This document shows, one piece after another, positions 10,541 to 21,866 of a stretch of DNA of 41,550 nt. The notes under the pieces were generated by a model that worked only from the letters and a program-made list of their open reading frames with translations, ran no database searches and was not told the origin of the DNA. The first letter of the stretch is position 1. Each line of letters opens with the position of its first letter. A program made the translations under genes and the position numbers. The DNA lies in NCBI GenBank assembly GCA_008369845.1, contig MRSU01004714.1, forward strand, positions 1 through 41,550, given 5' to 3'. Source of the stretch: Trichomonas gallinae. Taxonomy: Eukaryota.

Positions 10541-11560
10541 TTTGTGTATGTGTTTAAAATATTAAATAAATTATTTTACGTATTATTAATTCTTTCTCTC
10601 ATTTTGCATAACTTATCAACTCATTTCTTTGATAGATAATGAAATATATTATGAAATTCCATGATACTAATTTTTAAAATCAAATATCTTTCTTTACATG
10701 ACAAAAATCATATTTACATGACAAAAGATCGAATATGAATATTTCCAATTAGAGTCAGGGTTGACTCGGCTAATTCGCTTATCAGAGAAAATCTTGCCTG
10801 CTCGACCCCTGCAAAATTTATCACTGTAGGCATCCCTCCATATATGTTTGAATATGGGGCAAAATCATGTGAGAAACGTCACTCTACCTCTCCTCAATTT
10901 GTCATTTTACTTGTAAATTATCTCAGCAACATCATAATTTATAGATGCCACATAAGATATATACAAGCTCTAAAAATTCGTTTCAATCACTGAAGATTTT
11001 TGTGCTTGACTAGTATCATTATGAAAATATGAATCTTAAATCCAAAATCAGCGAAATCATTCTTATATGGTCAATTCACTCATACATATTAGGGTAGAAT
11101 AGTAGATGTTCTTGGTTTTGTGCATGTTTGATCATGATGTAATACCGAGTCACAAATAACTAATTTTTGACATGTAAAATTATTAATTCCGAGTCAATTT
11201 GTAAAGAACAAAAGCATTAATAAAGTTTTCTATATTCGTTTTCCGTCAAAATAAAATCAAAATCTTTTGGCGGTTGACTGTTTTGCCAACATTTTGACAA
11301 AGCTTTTACGCCCGTAAAAACCAGAAATGTATTGATATGAAATGTCATTAAATCTTGAAAATAATAAAATCTAGTCACTATAGACAACATCCATTGGTTT
11401 ACTAATATCTATATATTAAAAATGGTATAGTGTTTATTATCTATTTATCTCGTTTTCATTCAAAATAGATTTTTGAAAATGGCAGTTAATTTTTTCAAGT
11501 CAAAACCAATAATATTAATAATTATTAATATTTAAACCGGAACAAGGTTTTTTTTAAATT

Positions 11561-11565
11561 TCATT
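11561..11565 (+). promoter_or_regulatory. Initiator (Inr) element TCATT
   Basis: Inr consensus 18 nt upstream of ATG 11579, followed by a T-rich leader. Confidence 0.55.
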
Positions 11566-11578
11566 TTTTTTTCTTTTT

Positions 11579-12652
11579 ATGACTGATCCTTTGCAGTTTA
11601 AGATCCTTAATTTAGTACAGCCAAACGGGGATAACACCAAAGTCGATGAAGAGAAGATTAGAAGCATCTGCGCTGAAGGACTTTCCGAATGTCCGCCAGA
11701 AGATCGTTGCTTAGCTTGGCTGGTTTTATTTGGCATATATCCTAGTGATCCAACGAAATGGAAAGACGTAAGAGATGAAATTTACGCGAATTATAAAGAT
11801 TTTTGCGAACTATTTCAGATGCAAGATTGGCATACGCGTCATTTCGTTCCAAACGTACAGAAAATCAAGTTTAACTTACCAGATAATGCGAAGATGCACG
11901 TAATTCATGGCGATATCGTCAGAACTGGCCGTCATATTTTCTTTTTACCGCCAGGAGACGTTGTTGAGCCATATGAAAGTCAGATTTTAGCTCCTTTCGC
12001 AGAGCATATGCGCAGATTGGAAAGAATTTTATACGTTTTCGCTTCCTGCAACCCAAGTTTATCCTATATGCAAGGATTTAACGAGATTCTCCCGGTTATT
12101 TACTATGTCAACTGTCAGGCGAAGCAGATATTTGACGATGACATGTTCATGGTCGAAGCAGTTACGTTTAAATGTTTACATGAAATTCTTACTGCGACAG
12201 AACTCAATGTTTTGTACACGACTCAGGACCAATCTTCTCTTATCATGCATAAGCTCCAAGATTTCGAGTATATCCTTGCAAAACATGTACCAGAAGCTTC
12301 AAATATTCTCAGAACTCTCAAAATTGAGCCAATTTTGTATTGCTTCAAATGGTTTAACCTTCTCTTTGCCCAGGAATATGAACTTCCTGTTTTATTGATT
12401 ATTTGGGATACTTTGCTCGCTCATAAGGATCATTTAGTTGAATTTTCATTTTATTTCGGCGCAGCATCAATATTGTCGAAGCAGGACTGCCTTGATGTCA
12501 ACGCATTTCCAAAGACATTACAAACCCTTCAAACTTTGAAAGTTTCAAATGTTTTCACAGTAATCAAGCAGGCAAACGAAATGTACAAAGAAGACCATGC
12601 TCCACCTGGCATCTTCCGCAGAATTAAGAGAAGACTCTCAGCAAGATTTTAA
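11579..12652 (+). CDS. TBC-domain Rab GTPase-activating protein (TBC1D13-like)
   Basis: RCLAWLVLFG, Arg-finger IHGDIVRT, Gln-finger SYMQGFNEIL and FKWFNLLFAQEY...IWDTLL. Confidence 0.93.
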   Translation: MTDPLQFKILNLVQPNGDNTKVDEEKIRSICAEGLSECPPEDRCLAWLVLFGIYPSDPTKWKDVRDEIYANYKDFCELFQMQDWHTRHFVPNVQKIKFNLPDNAKMHVIHGDIVRTGRHIFFLPPGDVVEPYESQILAPFAEHMRRLERILYVFASCNPSLSYMQGFNEILPVIYYVNCQAKQIFDDDMFMVEAVTFKCLHEILTATELNVLYTTQDQSSLIMHKLQDFEYILAKHVPEASNILRTLKIEPILYCFKWFNLLFAQEYELPVLLIIWDTLLAHKDHLVEFSFYFGAASILSKQDCLDVNAFPKTLQTLQTLKVSNVFTVIKQANEMYKEDHAPPGIFRRIKRRLSARF

Positions 12653-13420
12653 TTTTTGCAATGATCCTATTTATTTTATTCACAGTAGTTTTTAATGTTG
12701 TTTAAATTATTAATTTTACATATCTTATATTTCTCTTTGTAGCTACATAACTGATTCAATTTTATTAAATTACACCATGATTTTCCATCATTTTTTAAGG
12801 ATTCATTATAACATTTTCTGAAGCACAAACCAAAGCTGTATTATTGTAGAAAATATCTTTCGCACTAATATATATTCCAGAAACTGTGAGAAACAGTTTG
12901 AAAATTTCATGATGACTTTTTCATGAAGCCATTATCAAAGCTGTTTCCTTGATTATTATTTTTTTTTTTTTGCAAGTTTCCATATATTTCAGTAACTGTG
13001 ATAAGTTTCCATATTGGAACAAAATTCCTTAATTAGATCAAAATTAATGTTTAAACTATGGGAAAGATTTTGGCATCATCATAATGAGATTTTTTTTTTT
13101 TTTTTTTTCATTTTCATAATTTTTACGAACTTTGAGCTATGATTTGATAGCCTCATAATGACTGTTCCACGAAAGCTAATCAAAGTACTAATAATATCTA
13201 TATCGCTATTACAAAATATTAATACAATGAAGTGGAAAATGCAATTAAAATATTGACAAATGTCAAAAAATCGTCAATATCTTTTTTTTTCATTTATTGG
13301 CCTAAATTAAAGAAATTAAACGATTCTAATATGTGGATATAATAATATGATTGGTACTCTATTGATATAATAAACAATTAAACTAAAATTCCTATAATGT
13401 GGAAGTTTAATATAATTTTG

Positions 13421-13425
13421 TCACT
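13421..13425 (+). promoter_or_regulatory. Initiator (Inr) element TCACT
   Basis: Inr consensus 29 nt upstream of ATG 13450. Confidence 0.45.
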
Positions 13426-13449
13426 TTTTACGATAAATTAAAAACTAAA

Positions 13450-14838
13450 ATGTTTGTTTCTTTATTATTATTAAGAAAGGAGGCCCAGGTCCATACAACG
13501 GAGTGGATGACTGGAATAACTTCGTTCGGATTCAAGGAGAAAGGTACATATGAAATATCGTTTTCTGGCGATGCAAGCATGTTAATTGTTGGTTTAGCAA
13601 ATTCCACTGAGTGGAAATCGATTGTAAAACAAAATATTACAGATTCAGCATCTAAATACATCGAAAATTACAACCTATCAGCAATCTACAAAGTATTAAG
13701 TTTTAATACATCTCCAAGTTCAGAATTGTACTTTAATGGAACAATTTCAGTCAAAGATGCTTACACATTATATGTATTCCCATTCGATATGCCATTCCAT
13801 AATATCAAATACAACGCAGTTTTCACGAATCAAAATGGACTCTTAGATTTTCGCTATGAAAACCTTCTTATCACAGCTCCAGTATTCCTAGCAACAATCG
13901 GTATCCTTACTGGCCTATGGCTTTTCAATTGGTTTAGGAATTTCAACGTTCAAATTTATATTCATTATATTTTCACGGCTGTTTTCATTTTGGCATTTCT
14001 CAATAACTTCGCCTACTACATTTACGTCGTTCGCGCGAACAAATCTGATACTGATCTGATTCCATTTATTTTCTGTTTCATGACATACATCATAAAAGAC
14101 ATTGTTTTATCATTCTCTATCATCCTTGCAGCATCAGGATGGTGCATTCTCATTGATAGCATCAAAATCAAAGAATTAATTATTTGCATTATATTATCTG
14201 CGCTTTTCATTGGAGCAAAGATTGTCAACGAGTACTGCAGCTTCACTGGACCTGCAGCAATAGCAACAGGAATTATCTTTACCGTTTCTTTAATCGTTTA
14301 TGCAACAAAACTCGTCCATTACACGCATAACGCTTCAACACTTATCTTTGCTCATATGCTTGCTATCAAAAATGCTGGTATCGATCCAACAACAACTCCT
14401 GTGCAGAAGAAATTGGGGATGTATATTTCATTCGAGTTTATTCTCTTTGGATACTGCTTGACTTTCTTGATTAAGTTTTGTGTTGATGAATTTGCTCCAG
14501 TAGGCTGGTACGGAGACTTCACTGACCAATTATTAGACACAATTATTTTATATTGCCTTGCATTCATATTTAGAATCAGAGACAAGGATAACAATGGCTA
14601 CAGTGTCATCGAAGAAAACATGGAGAAGGTTGATGACCTTCAACTTTCTGAGATTGAAGCTGTAAGTCAGAATGAAGCAGATCTTCACAACGGAATCGAG
14701 TGGAGACCAGGTATGCAGCTTCCTGGGCGTCCAAATATTATCAGAGAACCAGTGCAGCAACAAATCACTTTAGAATCTCCAGATGGAGAACAAAATCTCA
14801 CTGCAACAAGCTTTCCAAACGACCAGATTCCAGCCTAA
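13450..14838 (+). CDS. Membrane protein with a short signal-like N-terminus, luminal domain and about 7 TM helices (GOST family-like: GPR107/108, TMEM87, GPR180)
   Basis: MFVSLLLL start, a soluble region of about 130 aa with N-glycosylation sequons, about 7 hydrophobic segments including ILAASGWCIL, then an acidic cytoplasmic tail. The family call rests on architecture only. Confidence 0.7.
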   Translation: MFVSLLLLRKEAQVHTTEWMTGITSFGFKEKGTYEISFSGDASMLIVGLANSTEWKSIVKQNITDSASKYIENYNLSAIYKVLSFNTSPSSELYFNGTISVKDAYTLYVFPFDMPFHNIKYNAVFTNQNGLLDFRYENLLITAPVFLATIGILTGLWLFNWFRNFNVQIYIHYIFTAVFILAFLNNFAYYIYVVRANKSDTDLIPFIFCFMTYIIKDIVLSFSIILAASGWCILIDSIKIKELIICIILSALFIGAKIVNEYCSFTGPAAIATGIIFTVSLIVYATKLVHYTHNASTLIFAHMLAIKNAGIDPTTTPVQKKLGMYISFEFILFGYCLTFLIKFCVDEFAPVGWYGDFTDQLLDTIILYCLAFIFRIRDKDNNGYSVIEENMEKVDDLQLSEIEAVSQNEADLHNGIEWRPGMQLPGRPNIIREPVQQQITLESPDGEQNLTATSFPNDQIPA

Positions 14839-15075
14839 TAGATATTTCTCTCGTTTTTTCCATTGCAATTAAATCTTTTTTGTTTTCATCAAAATTTCGT
14901 TTTTATAAAAATCAAGAATCACAGCTACAAACACATTGTAAATGTTGCTACATGCATAATAAATCATAAATTTTCTGAAATTGTTAATGATTTAAAAAAT
15001 TATCAGCAACAGCAATTGTTATTCTTATAGAGGTGAATAGAATGGATTTTACAATACACATTTGGTAAAAAGGTT

Positions 15076-15330
15076 ATGTTTTCACGAATGAATGTGTCTA
15101 TAGAGCTTGCTGATCTGAATCAATTGAAATTGTTCAATTCATTCACAAACAGCTCAAAAATTTCAAAAAAATACTTTAGCAAGTTAATTTATGATAAGAC
15201 AGCTCTTATGAACGCTGCTGTGAGTGGAAGTGTCCATGTAGTCAGCTACCTGTTTAAAATGGGAGAAATAGTCAATCAAATCAGCAAAAATTGAGAATCA
15301 GTCATTGTAAACGTTGCTTTTGTCGAAGCA
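15076..15330 (+). pseudogene. Degenerate ankyrin-repeat remnant
   Basis: YDKTALMNAAVSGSVHVVSYLFKMGEIVNQISKN* is one ankyrin repeat. The TGA falls where the Gly opening the next repeat is expected, and the frame continues ESVIVNVA. Confidence 0.55.
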
Positions 15331-16090
15331 CGCGCAGTATTTTACAAAAAAGAAAGAAAAAAATGTTGAGCTATTTCATGACGTTTATCAAGAATGGCTA
15401 GATAGACTGAAGTATGTAATTAAGAATAAAAAAGATTATATCATAGTGCTATAAGATGATGTTAGTTGTATGTCTCAATGTATTTCCAAAAATTTTGAAA
15501 CTACCTGGTACTAATGTACAGTGCGAAATTCCATTAAAGACTTATGGAAAAAAACGCAATTCCCTAGTTTTATAGTTTTCTGGGTTTGCAGGCAGAAACT
15601 CATTCAGAGACAACAATAATTACCAACGAAAATGTGTGAAAACTATATCATTATCTTTTTTTTTTAAAAAAAAAAAAATTGAAAAGCAACTGTTAGCGTT
15701 ATATAATTTACGATATTGATTGTTTCAAGTATTCTCTATTAATGATATCATTGTTAGTTTAATTGGTTGAAAAACGTCAAAAAACAACAGATTTTGTAAT
15801 TTTGATGATGCTCAAATATTTACTTTATATGGGTATAATATTTTGACTGTTTCTATTCGAAATCAGAATTTTACCTATCGACATGAGATTTTTACTAATT
15901 TCGATTGTGTTCATATCCACTATCATCAATACCATCATATTTATCACTCACCTGATAGCTGTAGAATATTGGTCTCAAAATCAAGGTTATAATTTTTATG
16001 ACAGTAATATATTATTACTATAAAAAAGAAGAGCAATATAATATAGTATTAAAATCACTTTTCACATATTTTACAATTTTTTATTAACTT

Positions 16091-16324
16091 TAGTGAACAT
16101 TCTGACACATTTAAGAAAATAGAAAAATCAATTAAACGCATGACGATAACATAATGGAATCTAAAATAACGAAAGTCATAATTAACATTCTGACACATTT
16201 GAGAGAATTGAAAACATAGTAAAACCCATGACTATCATTGTTGATTATTTAAAATATATTGTGAACATGAAAATCATTTGAAACTCTTGAAATTTTATTA
16301 AGTTCTGACATTATTGAGAATCAT
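16091..16324 (+). repeat. Three diverged copies of a TTCTGACA(C/T)...GAG-containing unit, spaced about 90-115 bp
   Basis: aacattctgacacatttaagaaaat near 16096, aacattctgacacatttgagagaat near 16184 and gttctgacattattgagaat near 16302. Confidence 0.65.
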
Positions 16325-16332
16325 AAGTTACA

Positions 16333-17322
16333 ATGACTTCGGATTGGTCTTATTACTATGGCGATGAAACTAATAATCCAATCGAAAACAACTGCAAACA
16401 GTCTAAGGTCCAAGATAGCAATTCCAATTATTTAATTTTTCATTGTTGCTTTATTCAATTAACAGAACTTGGAGCAGTACGATTTGAAAATGGTGTCGGT
16501 TCAATAAAAACATTAATAGAATCTACCATATTTGATAGCTGTCGTTCAACAAAAAATGGTGGATCATTATTTTTTCAAATTGGTCATTGCGTCCAGGCGT
16601 TCAATTGCTATTATAATTCATCAACATCAGGAACAAATTGTATAGCATACTACGTGCTAGGAGAATATCAAACTAAAAACTATGCAAATACAACAAGTAT
16701 CTCAGTGTGCGGAACTGATTCAGATACATCATCTATATCTACTCTACATAGAACTGGTGTAATTCATATTGACAATTCAAATAATTCATATTGCTTAAGT
16801 AGTACTTATCCAGCGTTTTCGGTGGAATGTAGTACTACTCCAGATGGGAGCCAAGAACATTATATCAAATATCTTACCTGTAAAAATAACACGTCTATAA
16901 ATGATGATTCAAGCATTGCTCAATGCAATACTGTTGATTTGAAAATTTCAAACAGTAATTTTTTGGGAAATAATCGCACAACTGATAAAATATCAACTTT
17001 AATGTATTGCAGTGATACAGTAACATTTACAGATTGTTGCTTCAAAGAGAATATTTGTGAAAATACATTTTATATTGCATCTGGAAAAAGATTAATGACT
17101 TATAATTGTTATTATGATGCAGATACTGTGACTGGTGATGGTAATTCACAGTTGATGCGATCAAATTTAGATGATAATCCAATTTCAATTTCTCATTTAT
17201 ATCTTGGAAAGTGTATAGATTTTAGATATCCAGAAACACAACTATTTAATAAGAATTTGCATTTCATGCGCTTTAATTCAGAATTTGAAATTTTCATTTT
17301 GGCTCAATTTGCTAGTTTTTAA
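16333..17322 (+). CDS. Cys/Asn/Ser-rich hypothetical protein, family A member 1 (possible beta-helix-like surface protein)
   Basis: 329-aa ORF with repeated short motifs (IESTIFDSC, GGSLFF, ISNSNFLGN, FTDCCFKEN, YNCYYD); clear paralogue of 18063-19079 and 20883-21866. Confidence 0.8.
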   Translation: MTSDWSYYYGDETNNPIENNCKQSKVQDSNSNYLIFHCCFIQLTELGAVRFENGVGSIKTLIESTIFDSCRSTKNGGSLFFQIGHCVQAFNCYYNSSTSGTNCIAYYVLGEYQTKNYANTTSISVCGTDSDTSSISTLHRTGVIHIDNSNNSYCLSSTYPAFSVECSTTPDGSQEHYIKYLTCKNNTSINDDSSIAQCNTVDLKISNSNFLGNNRTTDKISTLMYCSDTVTFTDCCFKENICENTFYIASGKRLMTYNCYYDADTVTGDGNSQLMRSNLDDNPISISHLYLGKCIDFRYPETQLFNKNLHFMRFNSEFEIFILAQFASF

Positions 17323-18062
17323 ATATTTATCAATAAAATATGAAAATTCCATAAGTGATTGCTTTTGAAAAGCTTTCAAATTAAAATTGGTTTTTTCATA
17401 ATATTTTTATATGCGTAAACATATCTTTTAAAAGATTCAATGTCGTTTTTAGTCAGAATAATACTCAAACAGCTTAATATTTTATGCATTAAAATCGAAT
17501 TCAAACGTAAATAATTTGTAATTTAGTCAGAAGTTTTAATAGAACACACAAAATGATCTCAATACAAAATATTTTGATTTTGAAATGAGAGAATTGATTT
17601 TTTGAAGGAATTTTCGATGCTATTGAAATTGTTTGCAGACATTAAATAATTTAATGATGGTCAGCCAACGTTATACAACATGATGATATACATTGATGAA
17701 TTCGAAAGCGCATGCAACAATAGAAGCATACAATTCCACAATATTTGAAATCATAGCATATCTGTGGCAGAAAAATTAAATATTTTTGACAAATGTCAAA
17801 AGTTATCAAATTTACATTCAGGATCATTTTACACAAGATAATAGATTTTATAGTTTTTGTGGTTTATAAGCCCATTAATAACTTCTAAAAATTAATGAAA
17901 ACTGCCATTATCAACATATTGATAATTTTCAATTTGCATTGAAATTTGAATTGAAAATAATCGTAAGCATGATAATTCATATTTCCGAAATGTCATTAAT
18001 GGCATTGAAAATTTTGCTTAAATATTAATTGTTGGAGAATTTAAAATTTGCCAAAAAATTGA

Positions 18063-19079
18063 ATGCTGTTTCTTTGTGAGTCGTGTTGAAGTTTTATATT
18101 CAAAGATTGGGCGACATATTATAGCGAACAAAATTACAAACCAGTTGAAAACCAGCCAAATCATCCATCACTTGTTGTTAGTGATTCTTCTTCGTATTTT
18201 GTCTCTCAATGTTCATTCATTCTTCAAGTTGTCAACGGAGCCATCAGATTCAGCGGGAGTTCATCATCTACGAAATTACTTATTGAATCGACATTTTTTG
18301 ATAGTTGTTCATCGTCATCAATTGGCGGATCACTATATTATACAACTGGTGAATGTATACAAGAATTTGTATGTTATTACAATACATCATCTTTATCATC
18401 ATATCAAGCATATTCGACATCACTTACATCAAATTTTAGAAATTTTGCAAAATTTTCGAGTATTTCAAGAAGTGGAAGGCTAGATAAAGATCGTTGTATC
18501 AATCCAGATAGTTCTATAGTTCAGATTGATAATTTTAATATGTCTTATGTAGTAGGAAATGGAAATCCAACCTATGATATTGATGGTGCATCATCAAATA
18601 GTTTCATCCAATATACTACATTCTTGAATATAACACAAAATTTCGAAGGATTATGCCAATTTAATTTCAATAATGGTGCCGACTTTAAAATATCTAGTTG
18701 TAATTTTTTGAAAAACATAGGATTAAAAAATCCAATTGGATATTTATTGTATTGTCTTTCATCAACAACAATTGTCGACAATTGTTGTTTCAAAGAAAAT
18801 AATTGCCAATATGCATTTTGGACAAGCTCAAGCAGCACTTTAATTATCAAAAATAGCTATTATGAATCTTCCACAACTTCACCAAGTGGAAATATTCAGT
18901 TTATTTCACCTAAAAATGACAAAAATAAGATTCCTTTGTCTCATTTTAGTTTAGCAAAATGTTTTGTGGAACAAAATGACATCAAATTCCAAAACTCATG
19001 CTATGATAATCCTCAAATCAGAGAACTCATTGGATATATTGCAAAATCGTTTTATATCTCTGTGATGCTTCAAGTTTAG
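18063..19079 (+). pseudogene. Family A member 2: full-length frame open 18090-19079, but ATG 18063 is separated from it by an in-frame TGA (18087-18089); pseudogene or non-canonically expressed gene
   Basis: Manual translation gives MLFLCESC*SFIFKDWATYYSEQNYKPVEN...GAIRF...KLLIESTFFDSCSSSSIGGSLYYTTGECIQEFVCYYNTSS, continuous with the 18540 ORF and aligning with both paralogues. Confidence 0.8.
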
Positions 19080-20069
19080 AATTAAGAACTCAATGAACAC
19101 ACACATAGTGTAGTTCGTAAACTGAAATGTAATTAAATACGAAAAGTTTGTATTTAAGAAAAATTTTCAAAAATGCTAGGTAGTTGCAATATTGAAAATA
19201 GTAGAAATTGTTATAATAAATTAATTTTCTGTTATGGGATCAAACACGCTTATAGCAAACTCGAGATATTTAAGCAATATCTTGCTTTGGACACTCTGTA
19301 TTTGATGTATTAATATGTACACAAAGAGTTATCTAAAATCATTGTAAACTTAAGCGTACAACTAGTATATCTATACTTAAACAGACTGAAATAATATTTA
19401 TCTTATAGAAACACCATAATAACGCATTACAAAGTCACTTGTAGATGCTCAAAATAGTTTATTGACATATTCTATCACATCAAAGAATTTTGATAATAAT
19501 AATTTTCACAGCTGAATATGATTTTCTACTTCCATAAACGATGAACTTTCTAGTAGTATATACACATGATGCTACACATTGATTTTTTATATGTAAACCC
19601 TAAACAATAGCATTTTTTAAAATTTTGATAATTAATGATTTAGTAAATATTAAATCACTAGCAATCATATGTGATCTTATACTAATTCTATTTGTGATAG
19701 CATTACCTTTATAAATTCATTGTTTGTGGATGTATTTTTCAAATAAATTAGTCTCATTATCGCATCTAACTATCAAAACGATTTGAAATGATATAAATCA
19801 ATTTTTGGCTAATAACTAATTATAATATGCTTTTCTAATTAGTTTTAATATTAAAATAAAACAAAAATTTAATATTTTGTAATTCAATCGAGAATATTTA
19901 TGTATTTAACGAATAAATGTATCGTCTTATTATCTTTTATTATATATGGAATGCATTATTCAAATGTAAACAAGATATTCACAACAAAACAAAAAATTGC
20001 CTTTAAGAAGGGAATTTATTTGAGATTCATCATATTATTTATTAATTTCATATCAAATATAATAAGAGA

Positions 20070-21866
20070 GTGCTAATGCACAGAAGGGAATTTTGTGAAA
20101 GTCACTCAGAAAAAACAATAATTTTTCTGCAGGGTTTTACGGGTAGAAATTCATTCGGAAAAAACAATAATCACCAGTAGAAATGTGCAATTATACTCAA
20201 GCAACTGATTAAATTTATTCTAAACTTAAGACAAGTCACTTTGCATATGTATCCAGCATATAATACTGTAACTTTTTAGACGGTTTTAGACATAATCGCT
20301 ATGTAATTTTCGAGAAGCAATAGATATATCTAAGGTTATCGATTGAAGAATTATAACATCAGTATTGATAAATTAGGTGAGTTGCATTTCATGAAACGAT
20401 TCTCAATTGATTTTGTTTTAAAAAACCGTCACAAACAACAGTTTTTGTGATTTTGTTGTGGTCAAAATACATTTCTTTAATCAGTAATATATTTTTCTAT
20501 TCGTAATAAGAATTTTGTCCAAAAACACGAATTTATTATGAATTTCTACTGTATTCATCTACAGTATCACGCATATGATCGGATTCATTACTCACTGCAT
20601 GGTTGTATTATATCCTTCTCAAAAAAAAGGTTATTTTTTCATCAAAACATTTCTATTACTATAATAATAAGGAATTACATCATGATCTAAAACACAACTT
20701 TTCATAAGAATTTCAATTTTGTATTGATTTAGTGAACAATCTGACATTATTGAGATAATATGAAAACCAATAAGAGTATAACGAAAATTTACATACTATT
20801 ACTTTGGAAAATATAATATTAGTTTTTTTTTTTATCGACGAAAACAACTTTTGATTTTCAATGACTTTTTCACACAATTCTAATGAGTGCGGAATGGACT
20901 TATTATTATAAGAATGAAGGTTATGTTACCAAAGAGAATAATCCTTCGATGCCACAAATAAATGAACAAGATAATTCATATCTCATTTGGCTATGTAGTT
21001 TTCTACATTTAAACAACAATGGAGCCGTAAGATTAACTAACACCGTTAATACAAAAAAGGCACTTGTCGAGTGCACCATATTTGATAGTTGCTCTAGCAT
21101 CTTAAAAAAGAATAATGGTGGATCATTATATTATAAAAAAGGTGAATGCATCCAAGCGTTTAACTGTTATTACAATTCATCAACACTAGATAACAATGGC
21201 ATAGCATATTATATCGAATTAGAATCCGAAAATCAAAATTATAGAAGTTTTACAAATTCAACAAGTATATCAGAATGCAAAGGTAATAAAGACGATTCAT
21301 ATTCCAGCATTCACCATCGAGGTGGGAATGTTCGCACAAATGAAATGAATATCTCCTATTGCGTCAGTCATGGAATGTTAATATACGTTATAGAACTTGC
21401 ATACGATACTCCTGTTATTAAATATATGACAGCAATGAATAACTCAATAGATCAAGAACGGACATCTATTGCATACTCCAACGACAAAAATATAAGAATT
21501 AACAATTGTAATTTTTTGAATAACTATTGCTATCAAGGTTTGCTCTATGAATTAATTTGGGCAATGTCAGGAAGTTCTATTATAGATGGCTGCTGCATCA
21601 AAGGAAACATATGTCAATATGTTTTTGCTGGAGAATTTCAACAACCTATGATCATTAGTAATTGTTATTTTGATGAATCTGCATGTTCAAATGGAGCCAG
21701 GTACACGTTTATTGATAATAAAACAGATTCTGAATCTCTTTCGATTTCTCATTTAAGTCTTGGGAAGTGCTTAGCTTATAGATACTATCCAGAAACACAA
21801 CAATTTAAGTACAATATGCATTTCATGCGATTTAAATCAGATTTTGAAATATTTTTAAAGTTTTGA
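20070..21866 (+). repeat. Segmental duplication copy 2; partner of 15508-17322
   Basis: Same colinear upstream blocks and a closely similar gene 3' end (CCAGAAACACAAC..TTTAA...TGCATTTCATGCG.TTTAA.TCAGA.TTTGAAAT). Confidence 0.8.
20883..21866 (+). CDS. Cys/Asn/Ser-rich hypothetical protein, family A member 3
   Basis: 327-aa ORF with EWTYYY, GAVRL, VECTIFDSC, GGSLYY..GECIQAFNCYYNSST and SISHLSLGKC...YPETQ, shared with the 16333 ORF. Confidence 0.8.
   Translation: MSAEWTYYYKNEGYVTKENNPSMPQINEQDNSYLIWLCSFLHLNNNGAVRLTNTVNTKKALVECTIFDSCSSILKKNNGGSLYYKKGECIQAFNCYYNSSTLDNNGIAYYIELESENQNYRSFTNSTSISECKGNKDDSYSSIHHRGGNVRTNEMNISYCVSHGMLIYVIELAYDTPVIKYMTAMNNSIDQERTSIAYSNDKNIRINNCNFLNNYCYQGLLYELIWAMSGSSIIDGCCIKGNICQYVFAGEFQQPMIISNCYFDESACSNGARYTFIDNKTDSESLSISHLSLGKCLAYRYYPETQQFKYNMHFMRFKSDFEIFLKF

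Larger units (their letters stand above)
15508..17322 (+). repeat. Segmental duplication copy 1 (about 0.8 kb upstream region plus gene); partner of 20070-21866
   Basis: Colinear shared blocks: GT.CTAATG.ACAG, AGAAA.TCATTC.G, CGTCA.AAA.CAACAG.TTTTGT.ATTTTG, TTTCTATTCG, CTCAAAA...AAGGTTAT, TTTAGTGAACA.TCTGACA and the 3' end of the gene. Confidence 0.8.

Noticed and set aside
10740..10900. GC-richer intergenic patch, possible ncRNA or gene remnant
   Set aside because: No convincing fold, box motifs or protein motif could be identified by eye.
11511..11532. Perfect 22-bp palindrome AATATTAATAATTATTAATATT upstream of the TBC gene
   Set aside because: Made only of A/T in very AT-rich DNA; no independent support for function.
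12959..15678. Homopolymer tracts (T runs near 12960 and 13090; T10-A13 at 15656-15678) as retroposon tails
   Set aside because: No target-site duplications or associated element body were seen; simple low complexity.
18076..18483. 135-aa His-rich ORF in the ORF track
   Set aside because: An off-frame reading of the family A member 2 gene; the true homologous frame is the one continuous with 18540-19079.
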